DNA of 64,000 nt. Source: Acidimicrobiales bacterium (GTDB lineage Bacteria > Actinomycetota > Acidimicrobiia > Acidimicrobiales > WLNW01). Of the stretch, positions 47,249 to 55,404 are shown one piece after another; positions within the stretch are counted from its first letter, which is position 1, and every line of letters starts with the position of its first letter. Both the position numbers and the translations under genes were made by a program. The notes beneath the pieces are model-generated. The model worked only from the letters and a program-made list of their open reading frames with translations, did not search any database and was not told the DNA's origin. The DNA is taken from NCBI GenBank assembly GCA_035525225.1, contig DATLFA010000012.1, positions 7,818-71,817 of the forward strand, read 5' to 3'.

Positions 47249-48085
47249 TCAGAGGGCTCGGGCCAACACGGCGCGAGTCGCGTCGGCGAGATGCCGGGCG
47301 AAGCCTTCGACGCCGTGCCGCGCCAAGAGTTCGTCGTTGAACACCTCGAGGATGACGGGGGCGGTGCTGTTGCCGGCGGCGAGCACACCGAAGATGCCGG
47401 GAAAGTCGATGGCGCCGTCGCCGGGTACGAGCCGGTGATAGCGCGTCGCGTGCCCGAAGTCCTCGGGTCGCTCGGCGGGCGCGTCGTCGAGTTGCAGCGT
47501 GAAGATGCGCGGCACCGCGTCGACCAGCGTGTCGAGCCCGCACGTGCCGAAGTGAAAGGCCCACGTGTCCATGCAGATGCCGACGTTCGTGCGGCCGCTG
47601 AGTTCGATCACGGCACACGCGGTGGCGATGTCGTCGACCGCGGAACGGGTCGCGAACTCTACGGTGACGCCCACGCCGTGCTCGGTCGCGCGGTCGCAGA
47701 TACCCGCCAACACTTCGGCAGCGCCGTCGACGGTCACGTCGGCGCGACGCCCGGTCAACAAGGCGTTGACGAAGCGGGCGCCCATGCCCTGCGCCGCGGC
47801 AAACACCTGATCGGGCAAGGTTTCTTCGAAGTAGGGCCCGCCGGGATCGTCGGGACCGACCCACGCCACCAACGCGTCGGCGTCGTGTACGACGATGCCG
47901 TTGTCGTCGAGCAGCGCGCGCATGTCATGGTCGCTCCAACCATCGGCGCGCGATCGTTGATAGGTCGCGGGCGGCCAGAACGACAGCACGCGCAGGTCGG
48001 CCTTGACCATCGCGTCGACGAGCTCGCGCAGCGGTGGTGAACCCAGCGTGGACGCGGTGATGCCGATCGGCGGTGCGTAGGGCAT
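47249..48085 (-). CDS. sugar phosphate isomerase/epimerase (xylose isomerase-like TIM barrel)
   Basis: Track ORF of 278 aa: ...GVTVEFATRS...GICMDTWAFHFG...LQLDDAP...HRLVPGDGAIDF... Confidence 0.8.
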   Translation of the reverse strand: MPYAPPIGITASTLGSPPLRELVDAMVKADLRVLSFWPPATYQRSRADGWSDHDMRALLDDNGIVVHDADALVAWVGPDDPGGPYFEETLPDQVFAAAQGMGARFVNALLTGRRADVTVDGAAEVLAGICDRATEHGVGVTVEFATRSAVDDIATACAVIELSGRTNVGICMDTWAFHFGTCGLDTLVDAVPRIFTLQLDDAPAERPEDFGHATRYHRLVPGDGAIDFPGIFGVLAAGNSTAPVILEVFNDELLARHGVEGFARHLADATRAVLARAL

Positions 48086-48092
48086 GACAACC

Positions 48093-48836
48093 TCAATTCG
48101 TGTAGTAGCCGCCGTTGACCGGGAGCGTCTGGCCGGTGATGTATCCCGCCGCGTCGCTGGCGAGGAACGTGACCGTGGTGGCGACGTCTTCTTTGTGGCC
48201 CTGGCGGCGCATCGGCGTCATCTTCACAGCCGCCTCGCGCGGCGCGAAGTTGTCCATCATGCCGAGCGACACGCTGTTGACGGTGACCCCGTACTTGCCC
48301 ACCTCGTGCGCGAGGTTGCGGCCGAACGCGACGGCGCCCGCCTTGGCTGCTCCGTAGATGCTCAGCCCTTGACCCATGCCGACTCGCCCGGCGTCGGAGG
48401 ACACGGTGACGATGCGCCCCCACCCTCGGTCGCACATGCCGTCGATCACCGCCCGGGTCGTGTACAGCACCGCGTAGAGGTTGACGTCGAAGAGCTCTTG
48501 CCAGTCGGCCATGGGGATCTTGCGAAAGGGCGCCACGTTCACGCCGCCCGGCGGGATCCCCGCGTTGTTGACCATGATGTCGACCGGGCCGAACGCCCGC
48601 TCGGCGCCGGCGACGAGGGCGGTGACGGTCTCGAAATCGGTGATGTCGCCGACGGCGGCGTGGGCCCGCCCGCCCGCCGCGTTGATCTCCTCGGCGACTT
48701 CGGTGGCCAACTCGGCCCGCAGGTCGTTGACCGCGACAGCGGCGCCGCTCGCGGCGAGCGTCCGAGCGATCTCGGCACCGATGTAGCGGCCGGCGCCCGT
48801 CACGAACGCGACCCGTCCCCCCAAGTCGATGTGCAC
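48093..48836 (-). CDS. SDR family oxidoreductase (paralogue of 11904..12653)
   Basis: GTG at 48836 within track ORF 48093..49037 gives VHIDLGGRVAFVTGAGRYIG, then NNAG and YGAAK. It shares VIDGMCDRGWGR with the 11904 product. ATG at 48887 is an alternative start. Confidence 0.85.
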   Translation of the reverse strand: MHIDLGGRVAFVTGAGRYIGAEIARTLAASGAAVAVNDLRAELATEVAEEINAAGGRAHAAVGDITDFETVTALVAGAERAFGPVDIMVNNAGIPPGGVNVAPFRKIPMADWQELFDVNLYAVLYTTRAVIDGMCDRGWGRIVTVSSDAGRVGMGQGLSIYGAAKAGAVAFGRNLAHEVGKYGVTVNSVSLGMMDNFAPREAAVKMTPMRRQGHKEDVATTVTFLASDAAGYITGQTLPVNGGYYTN

Positions 48837-48879
48837 GGCACGGACGGTAGTCGCGGCGCTGTTGGCGTACCATGGCGCG

Positions 48880-50085
48880 ATGGTCATGACGCTGCCGATC
48901 GCCGTCGACTTCGGGCGGTTCCACTCGCACGACGTCGCATCGTGGTTGGCCGACGGCAGAGGGCGTCCGGGTGCGGCGCACCTCGGCCCCGGGCGCAGTC
49001 TCACCATCCGCCTTGTGGACGGGGGTGGTGCGTGCACCTACCGCAGCGACGGCCACGATCTCTCGATCAAAATCGACGCGGACGACGGTTACGTCATTGC
49101 CGAGATGGACCAATCCGCGTTCAGCGACTTCGCCAACGAGATGTGGTCGGTCTTCGGACTTCTCTACGCGAACCGCGTGCGCATCGTGCAGGGCACGTTC
49201 GAACAATTCGCATCGTGGGAGCCCGCGTTGCAGGCGTTGTGGTTCGACCGCCCGATCTATTCGCAGGCAACGGTCGAATCGTTGGTCGATCGCGCCGGTC
49301 ACCCGCTCGATCTCGCGCAATCGTTCGCGTTGACCGACGATCGCGACGCCATGGCGCACTTCTTGCGTACTACCGGGTACCTGGTCATACGCGGTGCGTT
49401 CGCGGCGAGCGAGGTCGACGAGCTCAACGCGCTGGTGGCTGCCGAAAAGGCGACGGCCCGATCGGGAGACAATCGATCGTGGTGGGCCACCGGCGCCGAC
49501 GGTCGTGAGGTCTGCTGCCGGCTCACGTATCTCGGGTTGCGAGGTGATCGATTCGTTCGGCTGACCGACGACCCCCGGCTACGTGACCTCGTGGCGTTGA
49601 CCGGCATCGACATGATGCCGTGCACCGATCGGCTCGATGGCATGTCGGTCGTCATCAAGAACCCCGAGATCGTCAGCGGCCTCTCCGATCTGCCGTGGCA
49701 TCGCGATTGCGGCATCGGTGGACACTTCGTGTTGTGCCCGGGTCTCAACATCGGCATCCAACTCGACGCCGCCAACGCCGACAACGGCCAGCTGTGGTTC
49801 TTGGCGGGTTCACACCGTCACGCCACACAAGCACTGACCATGGATGACATCGCGGGATTGCCTGCAGTGGCCGTCGACGCGCAGCCGGGTGACGTCACCG
49901 TGCACTTCGGTCACGTGCTGCACGCCGCGCCGCCGCCGCGTTCGCCGACCGCGGGACGCAAGGCGCTCTACGTCGGGTGGCATATCGCCGAGGCGTTCGA
50001 GCTCATCGGTCCCGAGCAGGGCTACAACGACGTGCTGTTCATGCAGGACGGCGGTCGGGTGCTCTCTGTCGAAGAGATCAGCTGA
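48880..50085 (+). CDS. phytanoyl-CoA dioxygenase (PhyH) family Fe(II)/2OG-type oxygenase with N-terminal extension
   Basis: ATG at 48880 (or 48886) within track ORF 48829..50085. The C-terminal half has GYLVIRGAF, WHRD (HxD) and VHFGHVLHAAP. Confidence 0.78.
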   Translation: MVMTLPIAVDFGRFHSHDVASWLADGRGRPGAAHLGPGRSLTIRLVDGGGACTYRSDGHDLSIKIDADDGYVIAEMDQSAFSDFANEMWSVFGLLYANRVRIVQGTFEQFASWEPALQALWFDRPIYSQATVESLVDRAGHPLDLAQSFALTDDRDAMAHFLRTTGYLVIRGAFAASEVDELNALVAAEKATARSGDNRSWWATGADGREVCCRLTYLGLRGDRFVRLTDDPRLRDLVALTGIDMMPCTDRLDGMSVVIKNPEIVSGLSDLPWHRDCGIGGHFVLCPGLNIGIQLDAANADNGQLWFLAGSHRHATQALTMDDIAGLPAVAVDAQPGDVTVHFGHVLHAAPPPRSPTAGRKALYVGWHIAEAFELIGPEQGYNDVLFMQDGGRVLSVEEIS

Positions 50086-50093
50086 ACTCGCCG

Positions 50094-50516
50094 GTGGCGT
50101 CGCCTTTGGATCTCGTGTTCGCGGAGCGCGAGATCACCCGCGTGCTCTATCGCTATGCCCAGGGTGTCGATCGTCGCGTCTTCGACCAGATTGCGTCGTG
50201 CTATTGGACCGACGGCAGTGACAACCGCGTCGAAGGGTCCATCGACGACTATGTCGCGTGGCTGCGCCAGGTGCTGCCCAACGTCGCGACGTCGACCCAC
50301 CAGTACACCAACATGCTCATCGACGTCGATCTCGAGTCGGACACCGCGAAGAGCGAGGCGTACTGCCTCAACGTCAGCGTGTTCGCGAATCCCGCGGCAC
50401 AGGGCGCGGCGCGATTGACGACGGTGTTGCGCTATCTCGACGACTGGCATCGTCGCGACGGCGAATGGCGCATCTTTGGTCGCGTGGTGGTGCGTGACTG
50501 GGCGCACGAGGACTGA
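50094..50516 (+). CDS. NTF2-like / SnoaL-like domain protein
   Basis: GTG at 50094 within track ORF 49977..50516 gives ...REITRVLYRYAQGVDRRVFDQIASCYWTDG..., similar to the 60968..61477 product. Confidence 0.78.
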   Translation: MASPLDLVFAEREITRVLYRYAQGVDRRVFDQIASCYWTDGSDNRVEGSIDDYVAWLRQVLPNVATSTHQYTNMLIDVDLESDTAKSEAYCLNVSVFANPAAQGAARLTTVLRYLDDWHRRDGEWRIFGRVVVRDWAHED

Positions 50517-50554
50517 TTTCACGCCCCTGATTTCACGCCCCTGATTTCACGCCC
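50513..50554. repeat. 14-nt tandem repeat x3 (CTGATTTCACGCCC)
   Basis: Units at 50513..50526, 50527..50540 and 50541..50554 are identical. Unit 1 carries the TGA of the plus-strand gene. Unit 3 carries the TGA of the convergent minus-strand gene. Confidence 0.9.
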
Positions 50555-50969
50555 CTGGCTGCCACCCGGGCTCGGCCATCACGAATCCGCTGAACTCGAA
50601 GCTCGGTGACACGGTGCAGCCCACGAGCGTGAACTCGCCCTGGGTTCGCGCCGACTGCCAGACATCGGCGTCGATGACGATCTGCGGACGCGCGCCGGTC
50701 GTGAGGTCGGGCCCGAGCACGGCCGTCTCGACGCGCACGCCGTCGCGCGACACCGCGAGCTCGAGCGGCGCGCCCGCGTAATAGTGCCAGATCTCCGTCG
50801 CGTCGACGCGGTGCCAGTGCGATCCCCGGTCTGGTTGCAGCAGGTAGTAGATGGCGGTGCCGGATGCCCGCTCGCCGGTGACCGTGGGTGAACGCCAGGT
50901 CTCGCGATAGAAGCCGCCCTCGGGATGCGGCTGCAGGCCGAGCAGCCGGATGCACTCGTCGGCCGTCAC
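50547..50969 (-). CDS. cupin domain protein (DUF985 family)
   Basis: Track ORF of 140 aa with a GTG start and a GTGA overlap with the upstream stop: LGLQPHPEGGFYRETWRS...HWHRVDATEIWHYYAG... Confidence 0.85.
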   Translation of the reverse strand: MTADECIRLLGLQPHPEGGFYRETWRSPTVTGERASGTAIYYLLQPDRGSHWHRVDATEIWHYYAGAPLELAVSRDGVRVETAVLGPDLTTGARPQIVIDADVWQSARTQGEFTLVGCTVSPSFEFSGFVMAEPGWQPGA

Positions 50970-51511
50970 GCGTCGGTGCCGAAGAGCGCCGCGATCATTT
51001 CGTCGATGACCGGTGCGATGCGCGCACGTATGGACTCCTCATCCTCGGTGAGATAGTCGTGCGGGATGACGACGAGCGGAAGCTCGACGCCTTGGCTGCG
51101 CGCAACCGCCTTGGCCGCATCGATGAATGGCTCGGTCACCACGGTGACCGACGGGATGCCCATGCGTTCCACATTTGCTGAGTCGAGCACACTGCCCGAC
51201 GTACAGCTCCCTCATTTGGCGAGGCCGCTGACGACGCCGCGGCAATCGCGGAACTTCAACAGCATCGCCTCATCCGCGGGGCGCGAGAGCACCGGCTTGC
51301 AGTCTCGGAAGACCTCGAGGTCAGGGATGCGTTTGCGCATCTCGTCTTCGATGACCAACGAATACGCGTAGAAGTCGGGGCCCGCTTGTCGGTTGATCTC
51401 GTTGATGAGAAAACCGATGCGAGGGTTGCGCGGGATCGTGCCCGGTCGGCGCGCCCGCTCGACGCCAGCCCCGTGGACGACGCCCCGCGGGTCGACGAGT
51501 TGGTAGGTCAC
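50966..51511 (-). CDS. UGSC family selenoprotein (in-frame UGA = Sec at 51214..51212)
   Basis: Track ORFs 51212..51712 and 50966..51190 share one frame. Read-through gives ...RDCRGVVSGLAK-U-GSCTSGSVLDSANVERMGIPSVTVV... The start is GTG at 51511 (GTGA overlap with the upstream stop), giving 181 codons. A SECIS-like hairpin lies 11 nt after the UGA. Confidence 0.7.
51182..51200 (-). promoter_or_regulatory. candidate bacterial SECIS stem-loop
   Basis: The mRNA reads GUCGGGC-AGUGU-GCUCGAC, a 7-bp stem with one G-U pair and a 5-nt loop containing GU. It begins 11 nt after the UGA. Confidence 0.45.
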
Positions 51512-52608
51512 TTCGGATCCCTGATCTGGAATGCTCCGGCGATCTCGACTGGTCGGGTCTCGGCGAATCCGCCGAGGTGACCCCATCCGGGGCACACTGC
51601 CCACCACGGGATGCTGTCGGCGCCGCACACGACCACGTGGATGTCCTCGGGGCGCTCGACGCACGGCACCAACGTGTCGTCGCGCGTCTGATCGACCCAG
51701 TCGGGCCACCACGTGTAGTGGTGCTGGGGTTCGTTGTTCGGTCGCATCGGGCCGGCGGGCCGCAAGTCATCGATGCGCCGTCGAGCGATCTCGAACAAGC
51801 CTTGTTGGACATCCGCGCGCGACAGCCCGTTGGCCGCAAGCCCGCGCGCCTCGCTCGGGCTCACGCAGACCACGACGTCGCCCATCGTGTGCGTGTTGTT
51901 GTTACCTTTGGTCCGCATCACGTCGGCACACCATTCGAGTCGGTCGTGCGGTGCGTCGTTGGCGCCCCACATCGCGACGCTGTGTGGCGCTTCGGCCGCG
52001 ACGACGGTGACCGCGCTGGGCGCGTCAACCCCCCGAGCCCGGTGCAACGGCTCCCACGGGGAGTTGGGCGACTCGGCGATACAGAAGGAGTAGCGACCGG
52101 GCTGACCGAACACTTCCTTGACCGGCTCGCCGGGGAGAGAGCCGCCGACGTTCCACAACACGAGCCGGATCGCTCGGCCGATCGCCGCGTTGGCCCGCGA
52201 ACCGCCGCCGCTGAACACCGACTCGGCGTGCGCCATACCGAGCTGTCTGACCGCATCGCCCGAGACGATCACGAGTGGCCATGAGCCGTGCGTGGTCACC
52301 TGCACGCCGCGCAGGTTGAACCGGGGTGTCAGCATCGCCTCGAGTGCGCCGATGATCACGGGCATGTACTCGGGCCGGGCGCCGGCCATGGCCGCGTTGG
52401 CCGCGATCACCTCGATCGTCGCGGTGCCGTCGCGTGGCGGGATGCGCCCCCCGACCTCGTTGGGCGCGCGCCCCGTGCCCGCGACGAGCGCGTCGACGGT
52501 GGCCCGCAATGGAGGATGCACCGGAAGCCCGTCGGTCAGGCCGAGCGCGTAGGAGAGCTCGGGCCAATCGGCCAGGTCGTCCAAATTCGGCAGAATGATG
52601 TCGGTCAT
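51508..52608 (-). CDS. conserved-looking hypothetical protein (366 aa), function unknown
   Basis: ATG at 52608 within track ORF 51508..52743 gives MTDIILPNLDDLADWPELSYALGLTDGLPVHPP...GGGSRANAAIGRAIRLVLWNVGG... Codon usage is GC3-rich. Its stop overlaps the selenoprotein start. Confidence 0.7.
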   Translation of the reverse strand: MTDIILPNLDDLADWPELSYALGLTDGLPVHPPLRATVDALVAGTGRAPNEVGGRIPPRDGTATIEVIAANAAMAGARPEYMPVIIGALEAMLTPRFNLRGVQVTTHGSWPLVIVSGDAVRQLGMAHAESVFSGGGSRANAAIGRAIRLVLWNVGGSLPGEPVKEVFGQPGRYSFCIAESPNSPWEPLHRARGVDAPSAVTVVAAEAPHSVAMWGANDAPHDRLEWCADVMRTKGNNNTHTMGDVVVCVSPSEARGLAANGLSRADVQQGLFEIARRRIDDLRPAGPMRPNNEPQHHYTWWPDWVDQTRDDTLVPCVERPEDIHVVVCGADSIPWWAVCPGWGHLGGFAETRPVEIAGAFQIRDPK

Positions 52609-52663
52609 CGAGAAGATCTTGGCACGATACGCAATGATGAGGCGGCCACACTTGCGAGGGACC

Positions 52664-53056
52664 ATGGGATCGAAACGAGAGACCGTCGAGAGGTTCAGGG
52701 ACGCGATCGACGCGCGCGAATTCGACCGCGCGTTCGAGTGCACCGTCGCGGAGCCGGTGTGGCGGGTTTTCGCCAGCGAGTATCAAGGGCGGGCCGGCAT
52801 CGAACGGGTGATGAGCTACGCCGATCAGCTCTATCAGGTCGACACCCTGCGCAAGGAGATCCAGTCGGTCACCGCCGATGACGAACGGGTGGTCGTGCGC
52901 AACATCATGCGGGGCAGAACCAAGACGGGCCGCGACTACGAGAACTACTACGTGCTGGTCTACGAGTTCGAAGGCGACAAGATCGCGAAGATCTGGGAGT
53001 ACCTCGACAAGGACTACACGAACCGCATCTTCGACGACATCAAACTGGCGCGCTGA
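52664..53056 (+). CDS. NTF2-like / SnoaL-like (ketosteroid isomerase-like) protein
   Basis: ATG at 52664 within track ORF 52595..53056 gives MGSKRETVERFRDAIDAREFD...YYVLVYEFEGDKIAKIWEYLD. Confidence 0.78.
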   Translation: MGSKRETVERFRDAIDAREFDRAFECTVAEPVWRVFASEYQGRAGIERVMSYADQLYQVDTLRKEIQSVTADDERVVVRNIMRGRTKTGRDYENYYVLVYEFEGDKIAKIWEYLDKDYTNRIFDDIKLAR

Positions 53057-53065
53057 GGAGCGACT

Positions 53066-54223
53066 GTGACAAATCCTGGACTCGGCCATCCGGTCATCTC
53101 TGCCGATGGGCACATCGATCTCCCGCTTCTGCCGCACGATCTGTTCACTGCGCATGCTCCCGCGTCGGTGCGCGGTCGCGTGCCGCGTGTCGAGACACTC
53201 GCGGATGGCCTGCATTGGGTGTGGGGCGACGGCGCCGAGTTGGCGCGCGTCGGCGGCACCGGCCACACCGGTGTGCCGTACACCCGGGGCCAGTCGGCGC
53301 GATTCGATCGCATGAACGAGACCGGTTTCTGGGACGACGTCGCGGCCGGCGTGATGCATCCGAGCGATCCTCGCCTGCGGGTCGCGGCGCTCGATCGTGA
53401 CGGTTTGCTCGGCGAGGTGATCTACGGGGTGCTCGGCGCCGCGAACCGCATCGACGACACGACCGTCCAGGTCGAGGTCATGCGCGCCTACAACGACTGG
53501 ATGGCCGACTTCTGTGCGTTCGCGCCCGATCGGCTCGTCGGTGTGGCGTGCCTGCCGTCGGGCGATCCCGCGGCCGCGGCGGACGAGATCCGTCGTCTCG
53601 CCGCTCCGGGCCAACGCGCGGTCGAGTTGGCGATGACGTATGACCTCATGCCGCTGTGGCGCAGCGAGTTCAACCCGGTGTGGCAAGCGGCAGACGAATG
53701 CAACGCCATCGTCCACCTGCACACCATCGGCCCGGTCATCGACACCCATTGGGCGACGAACCAGCGGGAGATTCAGTCGTTCGTCGGCACGTGGCTCACG
53801 GTGTTCCAGTTGCGCATGATCGAGCGGCTGGCCGAGTTGATCTTCGGCGGGGTCCTCCACGCGTACCCGCGCATGCGTGTCGTGCTGGGCGAGTCGGGCA
53901 TCGGCTGGCTGCCCTACGTGCTCGATCGCATGGACGACGAGTGGCACGAGCGGTTCACCCACCTCGAGCTCACGATGGCGCCGTCGGGATACTGGCGCCG
54001 GCAGATGTTCGCGACCTTCCAGAACGACGAGGCGGGCTTGCTCCTCGCCGACCGCATCGGCGTCGACAACCTGATGTGGGGCAACGATTTCCCGCACGGC
54101 GACGGGGTGTGGCCCGATTCGCACTCCGTGATCGAAAAGCAGTTCGCGCATGTATCGCCCGAGACCCGCCGCACAATCTGCGCCGGCAACGCGGCCAAGC
54201 TCTATGGCTTCGCGCTGGATTGA
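53066..54223 (+). CDS. amidohydrolase family protein (amidohydrolase-2 type)
   Basis: Track ORF of 385 aa with a GTG start: VISADGHIDLP...AYNDWMADFC...GESGIGWLPY...WGNDFPHGDG. Confidence 0.85.
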   Translation: MTNPGLGHPVISADGHIDLPLLPHDLFTAHAPASVRGRVPRVETLADGLHWVWGDGAELARVGGTGHTGVPYTRGQSARFDRMNETGFWDDVAAGVMHPSDPRLRVAALDRDGLLGEVIYGVLGAANRIDDTTVQVEVMRAYNDWMADFCAFAPDRLVGVACLPSGDPAAAADEIRRLAAPGQRAVELAMTYDLMPLWRSEFNPVWQAADECNAIVHLHTIGPVIDTHWATNQREIQSFVGTWLTVFQLRMIERLAELIFGGVLHAYPRMRVVLGESGIGWLPYVLDRMDDEWHERFTHLELTMAPSGYWRRQMFATFQNDEAGLLLADRIGVDNLMWGNDFPHGDGVWPDSHSVIEKQFAHVSPETRRTICAGNAAKLYGFALD

Positions 54224-54231
54224 TCGGCCAG

Positions 54232-55320
54232 CTACCAGCCGAAGAGACGTTGCGCGTTGGTCGAGAAGATGCGGGTGCGTTGATCGACCGTGATGTCGTC
54301 GCGCTCGGCGACACCGGTGACGCCGTGGGGGAAGTGACAGTCCCAATGGGGATAGTCGCTGGCCCACACCAGCCAGTCGAGGCCGCAGCGCTCGATGGCG
54401 TGCGCCAAGCCGTCTTCGCCTTCGGTCGACACGAACATGCGACCCTCGGCGAAATATGCGCTCGGTGCCTTGTCGATGCTGGGGAACTCTTGCGGGCGGC
54501 GCTCCCAATGCTCGTCGAGGCGCTCGAGGTAGTAGGGCACCCAACCGACGCCGGCCTCGAGTAGCGACACGCGCAGTTTCTTGAACCGCTCGAGCAGGCC
54601 ACCGCCGAGGATGGTCGTGCACGCGAACATCAAGTTGAACGGGAACTCCAGCGCATGCAGTTGTGCGTACGAGTCGACGAAGTTCTTGTAGGCGAACCGT
54701 CCGCCGCCGGCGTGGAAACCGACGGGTACATCCAACGACTCCGCGAGCTCGTAGAGCGGGAAGTTCTCGGGGTCGTCGGCGTTGCGCTCACCGAGCGCGC
54801 AGGGCATGGTGATCGAGGCGAAGCCGAGGTCGCGCACACTTCGCTCGGCTTCGAGGCACGCATCGTCGATCCATTTCAGCGGCAGCGCCGGCGTGCCCTT
54901 CAGCCGGCTGGGGTCGGCCGAGCAGTAGTCGGCCAGCCAATCGTTGTAGGCGCGGCAGCAGGCGTTACTGAGTTCACGATCTTCCATCGAATGGAAACCG
55001 AGACTGACGACGCCGTAGAGCACTGCGATGTCGATGCCTTCGAGGTCCATGTCCTCGAGGCGCAGTTTGGGGTCGACGGCGCCCTCGCGATGCACCGCCG
55101 ATTCGCGCATGCCTTCGGGCACCCATGCGCCGCGGCCCGTACCGGGCGGTATCACACGACCTTCGAGGGAATAGCGCGTCGTGCCGCGCTCGTCTCGAAT
55201 GAGTCGAGGACGGCGATCGTGGAATCGCGTCGGGAGGTAGCGCTCCCACAATTCGTCGGGCTCGAAGGTGTGGCCGTCGACGTCGATGACCAAATGATCG
55301 ACGATTCCCCCTGCAACCAT
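54232..55320 (-). CDS. amidohydrolase family protein (amidohydrolase-2 type)
   Basis: Track ORF of 362 aa: VIDVDGHTFEP...AYNDWLADYC...EAGVGWVPY...WASDYPHWDC. Confidence 0.85.
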   Translation of the reverse strand: MVAGGIVDHLVIDVDGHTFEPDELWERYLPTRFHDRRPRLIRDERGTTRYSLEGRVIPPGTGRGAWVPEGMRESAVHREGAVDPKLRLEDMDLEGIDIAVLYGVVSLGFHSMEDRELSNACCRAYNDWLADYCSADPSRLKGTPALPLKWIDDACLEAERSVRDLGFASITMPCALGERNADDPENFPLYELAESLDVPVGFHAGGGRFAYKNFVDSYAQLHALEFPFNLMFACTTILGGGLLERFKKLRVSLLEAGVGWVPYYLERLDEHWERRPQEFPSIDKAPSAYFAEGRMFVSTEGEDGLAHAIERCGLDWLVWASDYPHWDCHFPHGVTGVAERDDITVDQRTRIFSTNAQRLFGW

Positions 55321-55351
55321 CGCTGCCTCCCCGGTTGGACCGAACGAACGC

Positions 55352-55371
55352 TACCCGAGGGAGAGCGGGTA
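55352..55371. repeat. weak REP-like variant / hairpin
   Basis: TACCCG-AGGGAGAG-CGGGTA shares the GAGCGGG core. It sits in the divergent intergenic region 55321..55404. Confidence 0.3.
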
Positions 55372-55404
55372 AGGTGCGGCCCGAATCTGCTCGGAGGGTT
55401 CACG

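Noticed and set aside
46092-47864. 590-aa minus-strand ORF. Similar long shadow ORFs occur at 9183..10745, 18831..20297, 36421..37878 and 41984..42907.
   Set aside because: They overlap out of frame or antisense with genes that have clear family motifs, and their composition is the R/P/G-rich shadow-frame type.
50513-50554. Tandem repeat considered as a CRISPR array.
   Set aside because: The units are 14 nt, directly abutting with no spacers, only three copies, and there are no cas genes. It is a simple tandem repeat.
52025-54622. 865-aa minus-strand ORF, the longest in the track.
   Set aside because: It is antisense to the NTF2-like and amidohydrolase genes (52664..54223) and overlaps parts of two other genes. 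The sequence is R/A/G/P-rich and motif-free, so I treat it as a GC artefact.
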